Part shown: positions 13,991-35,420 of the stretch, piece after piece
Layout of the letters: each line of letters begins with the position of its first letter
Numbering within the stretch: the first letter of the stretch is position 1
From: the human T2T-CHM13v2.0 reference genome, Homo sapiens
DNA length: 64,000 nucleotides
Reading direction: 5' to 3' (one strand)
Assembly: GCF_009914755.1 (NCBI RefSeq)
Contig: NC_060945.1
Position numbers and translations under genes: made by a program
The notes under the pieces: generated by a model
Told to the model about the DNA's origin: nothing
Seen by the model: the letters and a program-made list of their open reading frames with translations, nothing else
The model's database searches: none

Positions 13991-15101
13991 TCTGTAACAT
14001 AAAAGACAGAGACCTGAGAACATAAAAGACAATTTGGAATTAACAGACTAAGTAGGAAGAAAAAAAAATCTTCAAAAAGATTAAAATCCTCTGAGGGATA
14101 ATATAAGATACCCTTGAGGCAAGAATAGGATGCTACAAAAGAAACATTCAAAGGGAGGAAAGAAAGCTCTTGAAATAACTGAAATAAAAACAAAACTCAG
14201 CGGGAGATAAAATAAGGACATGAATTGGAAAGAAGCAGAGAAAAACTGAGTATGTTTCACATCTGAAAAGCAGAATTCTGGAAAAAGAGAGGGAATTGTT
14301 ATCAATAATATAGTTCAAGAACATTTCCTACCACTGAAGGATATAAGACAGCAGACTGAAAGAGACCACTCAGTGCCTAACGAAACAGATTTTAAATATC
14401 AAAAATAGACAAAAACAGACGTTATCCTCATGAAATTTTAGAACACTGAGGACAAAGAATTTCCTAAAATCTTAAGAGCTTCCAAGAAAACACAGGTCAC
14501 ATAGAAAAAACCGAGTTCTTCATATACTAGAAACTAAAAGACAGTGGATCAATTGACTAAAAATGATAAATGAAAATGTATTTCCAACCTGGAAAAGATG
14601 AGTCAGGTAGGAAGGTAAAATAAAGACATTTTCAGAAGTATATAATGCTCAAAACTTACCTTCCACACATTCTCTGTCAGGGAGCTATGGAAGATACGTT
14701 CCACCCAAATTGAGGGAAGAAATAAAGAGAAATTCATGAAATTGCAGAAAACACATGTAACACAGGAGAGAACAGAAGATGATCTCCAGGATGATGAAGA
14801 GGAAATCCCCAAGTTAATCATATGTAATGGTTTGTGGCCAAGGATAGCACTGGATCTAGCACAAAGGCCACCTTTCACCTGAAACAATGCACACAAGGAC
14901 AGTAAAAACCAAGAGAGCACTTTTATTGATGAGGTTCACAGTGACACCAGTAAGCATACATGTTGAGACAAATGGCATAAAGTAGCACATACAGTGCCCT
15001 AACACAAGTGGTATCACTGTAGGCTAAAGTCTCTTCTAACCAACATCTTCACAAGGGCCTTCTGATTCCCACAGGCTGAAATAAAGAAAAAGACTGTTAT
15101 C

Positions 15102-15461
<360 letters not shown>

Positions 15462-15669
15462 AAAAGACCGTTATCACCCAAATATGAGAAATTCTCCCAT
15501 ATATACATACTTGTATCTAGATGACTAATCTCTGGAAAGTTATAAGAAAACACTGGTTCTTTCCAAGGAAGGGATGGCCAAAAGGTAGGGTAACTTAACA
15601 TTGTTCACTCTTTTTAAGACCTTTGTATTTCTTGTATCATGCACAGGTATTGCCTATTCAAAAACAAAC

Positions 15670-18428
<2,759 letters not shown>

Positions 18429-18574
18429 TGTATCCTACCTGCCAAAAACAGTTTCAAATGCATTATGTCTTTGGATTTAGCAAGGAATTCACCTTTGCAG
18501 GCCCACTTACATACAACATTATAAATATACCAGGTGATTCATTGTACTATTCACAGTAAAAGATTGAAAGAAAG

Positions 18575-19159
<585 letters not shown>

Positions 19160-21464
19160 TCACTGTTTACCTTTTTATTATTTTCCAATTTTAAATCATT
19201 TGAATGTATAACTTGTCTAAAAATCAAATTTTAAAAGTTGAGGGAATTAACATTACAGAAAGTAACAAACCTCAAGGAAGCAGCCACCTTCACCAGATGG
19301 ACAGTCTACCTCACTCTTCCCACGCTCCAGTAGTTACTGAATGCCAGTCCCCTCCCTCCATTCAGTCTGCCCCACCTGCTGGCCTTCTAGAGCCTCAGTG
19401 CAGTCCTATTCCTACACCTCCAAACACATCCATACACTGTGATGGTCGATCTGCGACCACCAGTTGAGAGGAAATGTGTTGTGTTTCCACACTTCAGACA
19501 AACAGAGTGTTATTTTATTGAGGTTTGGGATTTTTTTCTTGCATTAACAGGGTTTCTAGATCCCAGTAGGTGAATGAGAAAGAAGTATGCTTTTATTGCG
19601 TAAGGAATTTGTTTCTGATACACCAAAGTGATAATGTATGACTTTTCTTAAAGAAGTGGTTATTAGAAGAGTTAAAAATCAATAGAAACAAAAAGTCATA
19701 GGTATTGTTCCAATACTCCAGGAACATCACAATTTGGATTCTGTAGATGTGTGTAATATAATGTGTAATATTACATTCTGACAACCTCAAGTTGAAAACT
19801 GCACAGCTGAAGATCACTTATAGTCAATAACACTTTTCAAACTTTAATTTTAAATTCATCAAGTCTCTCCCTAATGTAACATACTTTTTAATAAAGGAAA
19901 CTGTCAGAGATGCTATAATACAGAGGAAAACGTTTATATACTCTTTCATTATAATTTTTCCACAACTTCCAAAATGAAGAAAAAGACATGGAAACATTAA
20001 GTTCAGAGAATAATTGTGGCAGACAATTCCCTCCTCCTGAAAGTTCAGTTACCCCAACACAGGCATAATTTCTTACTGTCTCAAAAGGAACTGAATTCAC
20101 ATATAAAGACAAACGTGGGATTTTGTTGAGTTCTGTTGGACACAGAACACAATTGCTCAAGCACTGGTTGGGCACTTGTATTCTAATAGCTCACGGTTAC
20201 TGAGCACTCCATGTCTGGGAAGAGCCAGTGCTGGGTGCCTGGCATGCATCCTTGCACCTCATCAGCACAACTATCCTATGGGCTCATCCTGGTTCACCTA
20301 TTTTATAAATGAGAACACTAACATCAGAGAAGTTAAAAAATTTGCCTAAAAACATCCAGAGTAGGTTTCATCGTTGCCCACTACTTTATAATGCTTTCCC
20401 AAGGGTACTGAGACGTTATCAAAACATGTTAGTGAAACAGTCTAAAACATCACAAATTTTAGGTTTAATACAAAATACCCAGAAAATGGCAGCATTATTA
20501 GAAATCTCAGCATAATGTAATAATAAGAACTTATGATGATTGTATTCTTTTCCTATTTTTTCTCCCGTACAGGCATATGAAAAACCATAAAACTTATTTT
20601 AGGGGTGTGTGTGTCCATGTAGTTTCAGGATAATATAGTAATCTAAAACATTTTTAATATGGCAAAGTGTGGCAATACTAAATTTTTAAAAAGGATTTTT
20701 ATTTAGCAAACAGAAAGCAAAAATGTTGTCCAAGAAACATGCATTTATTTTATCCCTAGGAATGTACCTTTCCTTCTGCAAAGGATGTGAGATCCTGGCA
20801 TGCAAATGAACATGAGGATACAGTATATTCAATTCCTTAAATTCTAAAATTGTCTTAGCATTTAACATCCAACACACTAAACAATCTTTTTTCATATTCA
20901 ATAAAAATAAGGACAAATTCAGTAAATTCAGATGGGCTATTTTATCACGTAAATTTTAAAAAAGCAAGGGTAATTTTTCAACTGATTTTCTTTTACCCTG
21001 ATACGAGTCAATGAGAAAATATGAAATTGAAACATATCACCATTTCTCAGTGTTTACAAGTGGTAAGTCACAAGGAAAACCTTCCAAGGTCTTCTGTGTT
21101 GTTTTTAAAAGGTATTATAATCACATAATTTGGGAAACAATGTGTACTATTATCAAGAAACCTTTCATATTTTGTGAAATGAAGCACTTCCCAAATTTAA
21201 GAGACTATGGAAACCTTTTTCAGACATTTTTTAACATCCTCAGAAGTGGAAATTCTTGTTAATGCTGATCTGATCAATTCCTCCAAGTATATGGACTACT
21301 TCTTTGCAAACTCCAAGCCCCCAAATCAAATTACCTGTTCAACTGTATCTGAAAATCAGTTACATAAAAGCATCAGAAAGTGTTTCTCCCAGCAACATAG
21401 ACCCAAAACACACTACAAAACAAAAATTATCAAGAACATACAAAAGACATATTTTTTCATGTAT

Positions 21465-23281
<1,817 letters not shown>

Positions 23282-23774
23282 GAATTCAGCTGGAAAAACC
23301 TTATATTTACTTTGATTAAGAAAATGTTTTTAAACCAATACTTTATGATGCACACTGGTGAATATGAAGTTATACCTGAAGTAATATTAAATGACAGCTT
23401 TTCCATTTCTAGAATGTATGCATCAACTACCTTAACTTAAACATGGTATTATCCAAGCTCACAGTATCTGAGAAGGTTTGTGTCATTATCTAGCAAACTA
23501 AAGTCAAGCCCTCTGTAGTTCCCCACCTGTGATCTTCAAAGATATGGTGCTCCTTGAGATTTCTGTAAGGTAGGTCTGTTCTAAAATGTGTGAAAGGAAG
23601 AGAACCCGAAAAGGCAAGGTCTAAGAAGATCACTCATTTGGAGATGGCAAGGGTCACATCGGGGTTATCTAAGTCAGTGTGATTTACCCTTTGGTAAATC
23701 ATACACATATTTCAAAAGTTACTTTATATGCTGTAATTCTTGCACTAATTTCATGGAAAATAAATTAGTATTAC

Positions 23775-23987
23775 CTCGACTATCATCCATATCACCATCC
23801 CTTGAATGTTCTGATTGGATGTCTGGAGGGGTCTGAAGGACGGCCACGCTATTCTGATTTATAATCTTCAATTTCAGTTTTGGTTTTGACAGTTTTCTTC
23901 TTGGAACTGTAACTGTGAGGCTCTGTAACTGAGTCATCCCTGATTCAATCAAACACACATCATCCTGGGTATAAGTCTTGGGTGGGT
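23775..23987 (-). pseudogene. KMT2CP: KMT2C exon 23 copy, 213 bp
   Basis: PPKTYTQDDVCLIESGMTQLQSLTVTVPRRKLSKPKLKLKIINQNSVAVLQTPPDIQSEHSRDGDMDDSR. Confidence 0.95.
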
Positions 23988-24224
23988 CTAAAATTACAAA
24001 ATCCCAAGAATACAAATTTAAACTTTCATTTTAAATTTGACTGATTACTGTTCCAAAATACCCATGTCAAGGGAATGTGACTGTAGTTCTAGAAAACAAT
24101 TATGTATCTATGAAATGCATGAATAATTAACTTCATGATACCCAATAAAAACTAGGAACAATAGGTCAAACTTCCTTGGATTATAGGCAGAAATGTTACA
24201 TGTTTTTAAAAAATGGTCTTCCTG

Positions 24225-24555
<331 letters not shown>

Positions 24556-25253
24556 TTAGAAGCACTGCAAATAAATGCAATGCTCAGCTAATCCACTATG
24601 AGCTTTTTCCTGGAAAAGATCAAAAGGCAGGGATCTATTTACACAAGAGGAGAGAGAATACTCCAGAAGCTCATCTGGAAAAATCAGAGTATCAACATAA
24701 TTACTAACAGGGAGAAGTAATAAATAAGTACAAATCCTGCAGATTTAATTTTAAACATACAAAACTGTTGTTCCTTAGAACAATTCCTGTACTATCCAAA
24801 TGTTTTTGTATCAGGTGCTATTAAATACAAGTATTCAAAAGAATGACTGTTTAATAAGAATATCATATTAATCACCATACTAGGCTTATTAATTATTTTA
24901 AAAAATTAAGAGATTGAATTAATTCTAAAAGAAATCTGCTTGCTAACTAGGCCGTATTTTCTGCTAACTGATAATTAAGCACAGTAATATATCAATGAAA
25001 CCAAAGCAAGTATGGCATTAATGGTTATTCTAAGAGCTGTTATTTTTATTGCCAACTTGCTGAAATTTATAGGAATACTGCCCCAGTAAAGCTGGATGAC
25101 ATTTTATATATCATTGTGGAAATGATTACCAACATTATGGAATTTGGATAGAACACCCATATGATTGAAGCAGATTTTAGAAGTGGTAAGCCAATTATGT
25201 AAAAATTAAGCAAAGTAAATTAATTAAATTAAGTAAAGCATTTCAAATTTTAC

Positions 25254-25319
25254 CTAGCTTTTTTACTTTTGTGACAATTTGTGCTACAAGTGAAGATCCA
25301 CAGCAGTCTGAGGAAGGCA
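25254..25319 (-). pseudogene. KMT2CP: KMT2C exon 22 copy, 66 bp
   Basis: PSSDCCGSSLVAQIVTKVKKL; AG and GTAAAA intact. Confidence 0.93.
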
Positions 25320-25827
25320 CTGAAATGAAAAAAAAAAAAATCCAGGTAATTCTTTTCAGAAAAGGTAAAGTGTATTTACATACTTATATATGATTAAAAT
25401 TTCTGTTTCTATAGTCATTTTATTAAAATAAATGTTTGAACACTAAAGTTAAAAGCACTTTTTAAAGCAACAACAAAACAAGAAGTGATGAAGGAAATAC
25501 TCAAGTCATGGAGGAAAACCTGGCTAAGAAAGAATCAACACATTGGATTTTGACATATTGTCAATAACTACAAGATCATGTTCCTTGGAAGCAAAATTAT
25601 AGTTTACATCTAAAGTATATGCTTTTTATTGTTTCATGTAAATTGTTTTATAACAAGTTGTGATAAGTCATGTATAACCAACAATAATATTTTTCATAAA
25701 ATACTTGTCAAAGTAAGTTTCACAAAGACAAAATAGAGTAGAGCTAAGCTAATTCATTGGTTATGGACAGTAAGGTGCAAGAGAGTGGTACAAGAGTGCA
25801 GACTCACAGTTTAAATTATTCTGTTAC

Positions 25828-25937
25828 CATTAGATGCAGGCATATAGGGTCTGCACATGTTACAATCAAAACCAATGTCTGCTACATTTTCCACTTCTTC
25901 CTCAGTATTTAAGTTCTGACGAACTGCATGCATCCAT
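25828..25937 (-). pseudogene. KMT2CP: KMT2C exon 21 copy, 110 bp
   Basis: WMHAVRQNLNTEEEVENVADIGFDCNMCRPYMPASN; the Zn-ligand Cys of HAVC is replaced by Arg. Confidence 0.95.
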
Positions 25938-26761
25938 CTAAAAAGACCATATTTGTACATTTTTTTTTAAAAATGGAATATACTGAGAACTGCTACCTTT
26001 TAAAACCTGTAACACTGAGTCTTCAAACTTAAAAGCCCTAAGCCTCACATGCTCCTCCTACCTTGCCCTTTTCTCCTAACTATCCCTAGTAACAGAAAAA
26101 CTTTCATAGAGCTAAGGAGGAAATAAAAAGGAATGAGAACAACTATTAGAGAGGAAGCAAAGCACATTACATAAGGAAGCTAATTATTTTATCATCATAT
26201 ATTAAATATTTCAAAGACAGCAAGGAAGCTAGTTAGGGCAAACACAAAGGTATTCAGAAAACTGCAAATGGCAGTGCTAGCATATATGGGCTCCAGGCAA
26301 TGCATCTCACTTGAAGTAGACATATCTCATGGAAAGCGATGTTGAATGGTAATTGGGAAATAAAGTAAAAAGTTGTCTTGCAATGGAACAGATAATTAGT
26401 AGCCAGAGTCCCAAGAATACTGTACTACTGATAAAATAATACTATCAATATATGTTCACTGCTTAACTTCTAAAGAGTACAACAATATACCAATGAAAGC
26501 AAGGAAACATTCTTGATTTTGAAATTCCACATAATTACGTAGGGAGGGCAGAAGGTGCTATCTAATACCTAGATATCTAGTATCTAGAGCTTTAAGAGAA
26601 AGTGGTTTAAGGAGAACAGAAAGTGTTAGATATTTTTATAATCAATTAAAAGATTCAGAAACCCTTCATAAGAAACGGCATAGATGAAGGCAATAATTCT
26701 CCATCTAATTTCAAGGGATTCCTAAACCCTCAAAAAGGCCTAAATTAAAAATCTTTAGTCT

Positions 26762-27086
<325 letters not shown>

Positions 27087-27273
27087 TTAGTCTGGAGTTG
27101 AGAATTCAAAACAGGAAATCAATTCTGTAAGATTCTAGGTGACTAAAAATCTACAAGGCAAAAAGTTCTGTACCTAAAACTTGTGATTAAGGAAAAGCTA
27201 TTTTCCTTTTTTTTTTTTTTTTGCTACATTTCAAAGAGAAAAGCTTTAAAAAGATGAAAAAACAGCACAATAC

Positions 27274-27438
27274 CTATCACATTGTCTACATTGCAGAATA
27301 AGATCTTCTTCTCTATAGTTTCAATAGCAGACTGGACAGGAAGATAAGCTTGCACAAGGAGCGCACTGTGTGTAATTGTTCTGCCATTCACATCTTAGAC
27401 CTGCAGATGTTGCTCCACAGTGTCTGCACCAAACACAC
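27274..27438 (-). pseudogene. KMT2CP: KMT2C exon 20 copy, 165 bp, nonsense codon
   Basis: CVWCRHCGATSAGLRCEWQNNYTQCAPCASLSSCPVCY*NYREEDLILQCRQCD; TGA at 27323-27321. Confidence 0.95.
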
Positions 27439-27693
27439 CTGAAATCCAAATCCCCCCGAAAAGTCTCCATTTTATTTTCTTAGTTATTCAGTAACTGTAA
27501 TTCAGGAAGCTACATACGAACATAATGGGGCAAATGATTTAATGTGTATGTGAAAATTTTTCTGCTTAGTGGTATGTATCATAGAATATGTGTATTATTC
27601 AATTAAATAGGTATGGCTAATTTTTAAAAACTAAAGTGGTATGAGAAAGCTCTGAACTTGAAAGACTAACAAGGCAAACAAACCCTAGAGAAC

Positions 27694-27880
27694 CATTTGC
27701 ACTTCACTTCCAGCCTCCTTTGGGAACTGTCTGCAATGGAGGGTCTAGGCAGTAGGTGTGATAACTTATGTCACAATCATCACACAGCAGGAGTCTTCCT
27801 GGGTCAGTTGCCTTCCCACAGGCCTCACAAACAGTGCACTCAAGACACCTCCAACCTTTGCTAAGAACCACTTTAGTGAT
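27694..27880 (-). pseudogene. KMT2CP: KMT2C exon 19 copy (PHD), 187 bp including a 5-bp duplication creating TGA
   Basis: ITKVVLSKGWRCLEC...QTVPKGGWK*; acttc-acttc at 27701-27710. Confidence 0.95.
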
Positions 27881-29480
27881 CTGTAAAAGAAACAACCAAT
27901 CCATGTGATTTATGCATTAACCTAACATAATCAAATATACTATATAAATTAATATGGTGCTTATGTACCTAGAAGCAGAAAGGGGCAATCAACTAACATT
28001 TATTGAGCACCTACGGAGGCCCAATACTGGGTTGGGCATGTTCATACATGCTTTTAGGAGCCTACTGAGCAGAGTAATAGACAATGGCACATATTTTAAT
28101 GCCTTTTTAAAGTCCACATAATTACCTTATGCTGTACATTTAATGTCCACTATATTTATAGATATAGTGACCAGATTTTAAAGAAATCAAGTAAGCTTCA
28201 CTATTATTGATACATAATTGAAAATACATCAACAAAATCTCCATCTACATTTCCATGCTTAGAATCAATAGAAAAAATACCAAAAAAATTAATGTAAAGC
28301 ATGAGTTCTTAGGGACATTTTATGATCTTAGAGGATTTCTATTTAGACTATGAAGCTAGGAATTCTGAAGTTCACATTCACCCCTCTGTTTATTCTCCCC
28401 TCTCTCAAGGGTATAAGTTAGCAGAATATTTGGGAATCTCCAAATCCCTAACAAACAACTGAAGGAAGCCACACCATGTAATATTAAGATTGCGGAACTT
28501 CTTAAAGATCTCAAAAGACTAGGATCCTCAGACAGAACCAATCAAGTGCCCACATTATAATGAAACAGCAAGTAATGAGGGTACAGAATAAAAATTCAGA
28601 TCATGAGGTACATGAAAGCCTAAAAGCTACCAGAGAAGAAAATAAAAGAGTTAAATTCAAAGGAACACCCATCAGAATGGCACAAAACTTCCCAACTCCA
28701 GATGCTAGAAGAGTATAAGTTTCCAATTCTACAGGAAAATACTTTTCAAAGTACAATTCTCAACCTAGCTACACAAGCAACTATGTGTGAAGACAGAATA
28801 CGTTGTAGACACAGGAAGATTCAAAATTCAGCTCCTTCATTCTCCTTCTAATAAAGTTACTTAGAGATATGCGGAACAGAATGAAGATGTATTACAAAGA
28901 AAAGGAAGACTTGGGATCTATAAATCAACAGATCCAACAAAGGACATCAGGCCAGGGAAGTTTAAGGATGAGAACAACACACCCAGAAGCCACTGGCACA
29001 TATCAGAGCAGGAGAAGGGAATGTCTAGAAGGAGGGTAGGACTTCTCCCAGAAAAAAACAGTACTTTAAAAAATAATCTTATATGATAGTTCTATAGTAG
29101 GCAAACACAAAGAACGAATGGAGAGTCACTATTACTTTCTTGTTATTAAAAACTCCATGAAAGACAAAAGAAACTCATAGTATACTGTTTAGATCTGCAG
29201 TGAACATTTACTGAGTCATAACCAACACCTTATTAATTGAACTAAACATAGTAATACAACTATATTGGGAGAAGGAAGGAGGTGTATTTTAAGACCTAAA
29301 TCAGAATTTATTTATTCATAGCAGAAAGTCAACAAAATCTAGCATTGATAAAGCAGTAAACCAGTTGATTATTTAGAGCTATAGCATTAACCACAAGAAA
29401 AAAGACCTGAAAAGATTAAAAGTGATTGCCTCAGATGTGGAGGTAGAGTAAGACAAGAGTTGGTTGTTCATTACAAGGCC

Positions 29481-29780
29481 TTTTTTTTTTTTTTTTTTGA
29501 GATGGAATCTTGCTCTGTTGCCTGGGCTGGAGTGCAGTGGTGTGATCTCAGCTCACTGCAACCTCCGGCTCCCATGTTCAAATAATTCTCCTGGCTCAGC
29601 CTCCTGAGTAGCTAGGACTAGAGGAATGAGCCACCACACTCGGCTAATTTTTGTATTTTTAGTAGAGATGGGGTTTTACTGTGTTGGCCAGGCTGGCTTG
29701 AACTCCTGCCCTCAAGTGATCCACCCGCCTCGGCCTCCCAAAGTGCTGGGATGACAGGTGTGAGGCACCACACCCGGCCC
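29481..29780 (-). mobile_element. AluS
   Basis: Alu consensus; TSD CATTACAAGGC. Confidence 0.9.
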
Positions 29781-29934
29781 ATTACAAGGCTTTTAATGTC
29801 ATTTGATTTTTAAACATGTATATTCATTATTTTGATTAGCTTATTGATTTTTAAGAATTTGTCTTAGATTACCAAGTTAGTATATTATTTGCCCAAATGA
29901 AGGAAATGGCCTGGGGTAAGATCAGGGTGGCTTA

Positions 29935-30158
29935 GAGCAGTAGCCAGCAAATATTTTCAATAAAGGACCAGAGAGTAAACAGAAAGTTTTGAGGGCCATA
30001 TGATCTGTTGCAACTTTATAAAAACTCTGCCAGTGTATTGCAAAAAGCGCTACAAATATATGTAAACAAAGAACATGGCCATATTTCAATAAAAGTTTAT
30101 TTGCAAACACAGGAAATGGGCCAGATTTAGTCTATGGGCCAGTCTGCCTGACCCTGGC
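29935..30158. mobile_element. MER58-like hAT element
   Basis: GCAAATATTTTC..AAAGGACCAGAGAGTAAA..GGGCCAGATTT..CTGACCCTG. Confidence 0.65.
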
Positions 30159-33149
30159 TTAAACAATGACCTGAAGACAAAGTGGCAGACAGATCTGAGG
30201 TGTTTAGTGGTAGAATTTTTAAAATATTTATCTTCATTCCTACTAAGTTTTCTTCACAGATACCTGTGGTCCCTTTTACAACCAAACTCTCAAGTTTCTC
30301 CACTTATATTCACTCTTCAAAACACTACAGTCTGGTCTCTACACCCACATCCACTCATAACTGCTTAAGCCAGGCTTGTCAAGACCTTCTTATTCTCAAA
30401 TCTAATGGAAACATTAGTGTTAGTGTTTCTTGACTTCTGGTACTTCAACGCTTCAACAATTTCTCCCTCTTTGAAATTTCCTTTTAACTTAGGTACTGGG
30501 GTTGTACTATCATTTTTTTCTTCCATTGAACCAGTTTAGCCTTAGTTTTAAAAGTTTTTTCAAATAAGATGTCATCCAGGATTCCATCCATGGTACCATG
30601 TCCAAAGTTGTTACAGATATGTTTTATAATCTAATACTGATACATGCTTCAATGATAATGGAGTAGATGGGACCAGCCTGTTCTCCCATAAGATAGTAGA
30701 AAATTGGACAAAGTGTATGAAACAACTGTTTTCAGATATTGGACAACACATAGTAAAGGAGACAGTGGTCTCTGAGAGGAAGGAAACACTCAGGGAGTCC
30801 TATGATATTCTGCCTAGAAACATTTTCCAGAACGCTGCCCAGGGAGGGAGAACCTCAGCAGAGTAAAATCAATGGCCTCGCTGAGGTTAGGGAAGGCGAG
30901 GCAGTGGAATTTGCAGGACACAGTACTCAAAATGAAGAAGCAATAAGGACTAAGAGCTCCAGAAACCTACAAAGGATCCCCTGAAGTCTTTGGTGGAACA
31001 CCAAGCCGTACTTCTAGAAGCCCAAAGACCCACAACCAGGGGAAAGTACATCTACTGGGAATTTGTAAGCTGCACAATTACCAGAGCTTGCAAAAGGCTC
31101 AAAGACAAGTGAAGCACAACCAGTCAGAGTACAAAGACACTGGTGAACAGGGGGTAGAATTCAGTAGTGATCCCAGAAAGGCCAAGTCTTAAGTATAGGG
31201 TTAAACTAATGCTAGGACTGCAGCTACCAAAATGTGGACTAGGGAACCCCAGTGGGTCTGTAAAGTTAAAACAAATTTAAATAATACTAAGATTTAATTT
31301 GCCTTTTTTCACTTTAATTTATTCACAATGATACAGTGGTGTTTATAGAAGCTACATGTTGTATCATAATATTACATTGACATTGTACAGGTTGTGCTTC
31401 TGTAGTCTTGTGTTACAAAATGTTCCTAGTTTTAATTTCTAAAATGCTGAATAGTCCATAGTTAAAATCCTCATGAACAAAAACTATGGCGTCCCCAGTA
31501 ATTTTAAAGAGTGTTAAGGTTCTAAAACCATAAAGTTTGAAAATATCCACCTTAGAGTGAAGGCTTTCTAGACTTGCCCCAGCAAGCTTAAAAAGAAGCT
31601 TCAAAGGTATCAAACTTATCCACAAACAATTGCCTCCTGCAATAAAAATGCAAGCTGAGCCAATTCACATATCCCTAGTATATTTCTAGATATTGCTGTA
31701 TTTCTCAATGAGACTGCAGTATTCTATACTGTCCAAAACAGTGTCGTGTAAAAGGAACCACACATAATTTTTAAAAACAGGAATAACTAGGTGTCTGATA
31801 GTGCACTAATTGTCCAATCTTAACTTATGTAAGTCGTACTCATCTGTAAAATGGGAATTCGGTAATTGTTGGATGGGTTAAAAGAAATACATTACTACCT
31901 TGAAAGGGATCTTATTCAATTTCGTTAGGTCCAAAACATTAAGTATTCTAAAAAACAAAATCTAATGATAGCAGCTACTTTTATACAGAATATAAAGTAC
32001 AAAGAAGAAAAGAAACATGTTTTATGCATATATAACTCCATTTTTAATTGGCTTTATATACTCTGTGTTTTTCAGTCACATACCATGAGCAACTAATTTT
32101 AAAAAACTACATAAATTAACCGTACTAGTCTTCTATTTTGGATAGTATTAATTACAATCTTTCATTTTGATTCCTAAATTCACAAAAACCTGTATTACCC
32201 TATAAAATAAATACTAGTGTAGTTATCAACAAAGAAGTCTGAAGGAGATAATGTTGATTTGCTTACTATACTGACATTTTACTGACAATGATATAACACA
32301 GTGATGTCTGAAGGGCAGGGGAGAATGGTATAAAAATCACTCATGGTTCACAACCTATTATTGAAACTGAGGTTAGTATTTATATTACATGGTATGGCAA
32401 TACTAGAAAAGATTTCCTTGTGGAGTATACAGTTTAAGACCTCTGCTGTACAGCTATACCTCCATGCTTGCTTCCAGTGGCCATGACACTTTATTCAAAT
32501 ATGTAAGTTTTATTAAGACTGAGTTCTTAAAAAGAAAAAACCAAGAACCTTAGATACAACTAGTGAAGTATTGAGACCTGTCCATATTTAAAACCAAGCA
32601 CACGATACCACTTAAAAGGTTCCCCAGAAAGCCTCTATCCTGAAATGCTTGAAAGTGAGCAGTGCTGACTCTCGATTATTACCAATTGCATTAAATATGA
32701 CACTTGTTTTGTTTCTTTTGGCTATAAGGAGAAAATGTCATTTTGTATATGAGTGAGCACAGAGGAGAGAGAATGCGGTAAAGAACAGAATAGGCTAATA
32801 ATTTTTTACTAAATACTCCAGTTCTCAGCTTTTTAAATCAACAGACAAAATGAATCAGCTAAACCTAAAATCTTTGTGAATAGTATAAATTGTCTTTTAA
32901 ATTAAATGCATATATTTTTATGTTTTACTTTTTCAAGACAAAAGCAGGATATTAGTACAATATAAGATTTATAGAGGAGCAAATTTCTTGAGATAGGAAA
33001 CCCTTAAAAGCAGTATTTAAAGTGCTTAAATACTGTCACATATGTTTAATAATCATAATACTTAATTGTGAGAACTGGGAGCTCATGTTACTACTAAAAC
33101 CAAATAAAAATTCAGTACATATTTGTTAACTCAATTTAAGGATGTTTAC

Positions 33150-33254
33150 CTTAATACTGACACAGTATGGATGGTAACACTGACCACACTGAGAACAGGC
33201 AAGTAGTCTTCCTTCTGCTCCTTGGCCAAAACTGCCACAAACTACACACATATC
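33150..33254 (-). pseudogene. KMT2CP: KMT2C exon 18 copy (PHD), 105 bp
   Basis: DMCVVCGSFGQGAEGRLLACSQCGQCYHPYCVSIK; AG and GTAAAC intact. Confidence 0.95.
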
Positions 33255-33446
33255 CTGAAGTTAAGAAAACAGAACATATTTTAAATGGAGACTAAGCTAA
33301 AAACCTACAAATTTTACTTTAAAAATACCTTCTTAACTAATATAGCTCTATAGCTAAATATTGGATCACTTCTGTGTAGATGAGATAAAGCAGAAATGTG
33401 CAAGGAGGAATTCAATGAGGAAGACAGTAAATTGTCAAGTTCAAAC

Positions 33447-33548
33447 CTGATTCAAAGTGAACTTGTCACTGCTAGAAAACAACACAACCGTAGTGTGCAT
33501 AGAGTTTTCTTCATCATCCTTATTTGATGAAATATCTGCAGTAGACAC
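33447..33548 (-). pseudogene. KMT2CP: KMT2C exon 17 copy, 102 bp
   Basis: VSTADISSNKDDEENSMHTTVVLFSSSDKFTLNQ; AG/GT intact. Confidence 0.95.
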
Positions 33549-34031
33549 CTATAAAAAGCAAAATACACAAAATACGAAGTTATATTTTTCACTTGTTTTA
33601 CACTTAACTGGAAAGCTTCAGAAAATTCATAATCAAAACATATATTTTTGCTAAGGTCTAGAATAACAATTCCAAATATTAATGCTAAGATAGTACTATA
33701 AAATGGAGTCATGACATTTTATTATTCACCTAATTCTCTCTTTAGAGGTAGAATTCCTATAGACCAATAAGTAATGAGAAAATATAATAAACCTGTCTTA
33801 GTAAGACTTGATTATGCAGAATTCTAATCAAGAAACTATAAATGATAATATTATATGTATGTACACACACAAATCTATCACTATTTTAATGACACACACT
33901 TGGGATCTGCAATGTAGTTAGTCTGAACTGAGATGTCCTGCAAACATAAAATACAGCACATAATTACATATTACATGTTGAAATGGTAATATTTTAGATA
34001 TATCGGTCAAAATGGAAGGCATTAAAATTAA

Positions 34032-35420
<1,389 letters not shown>

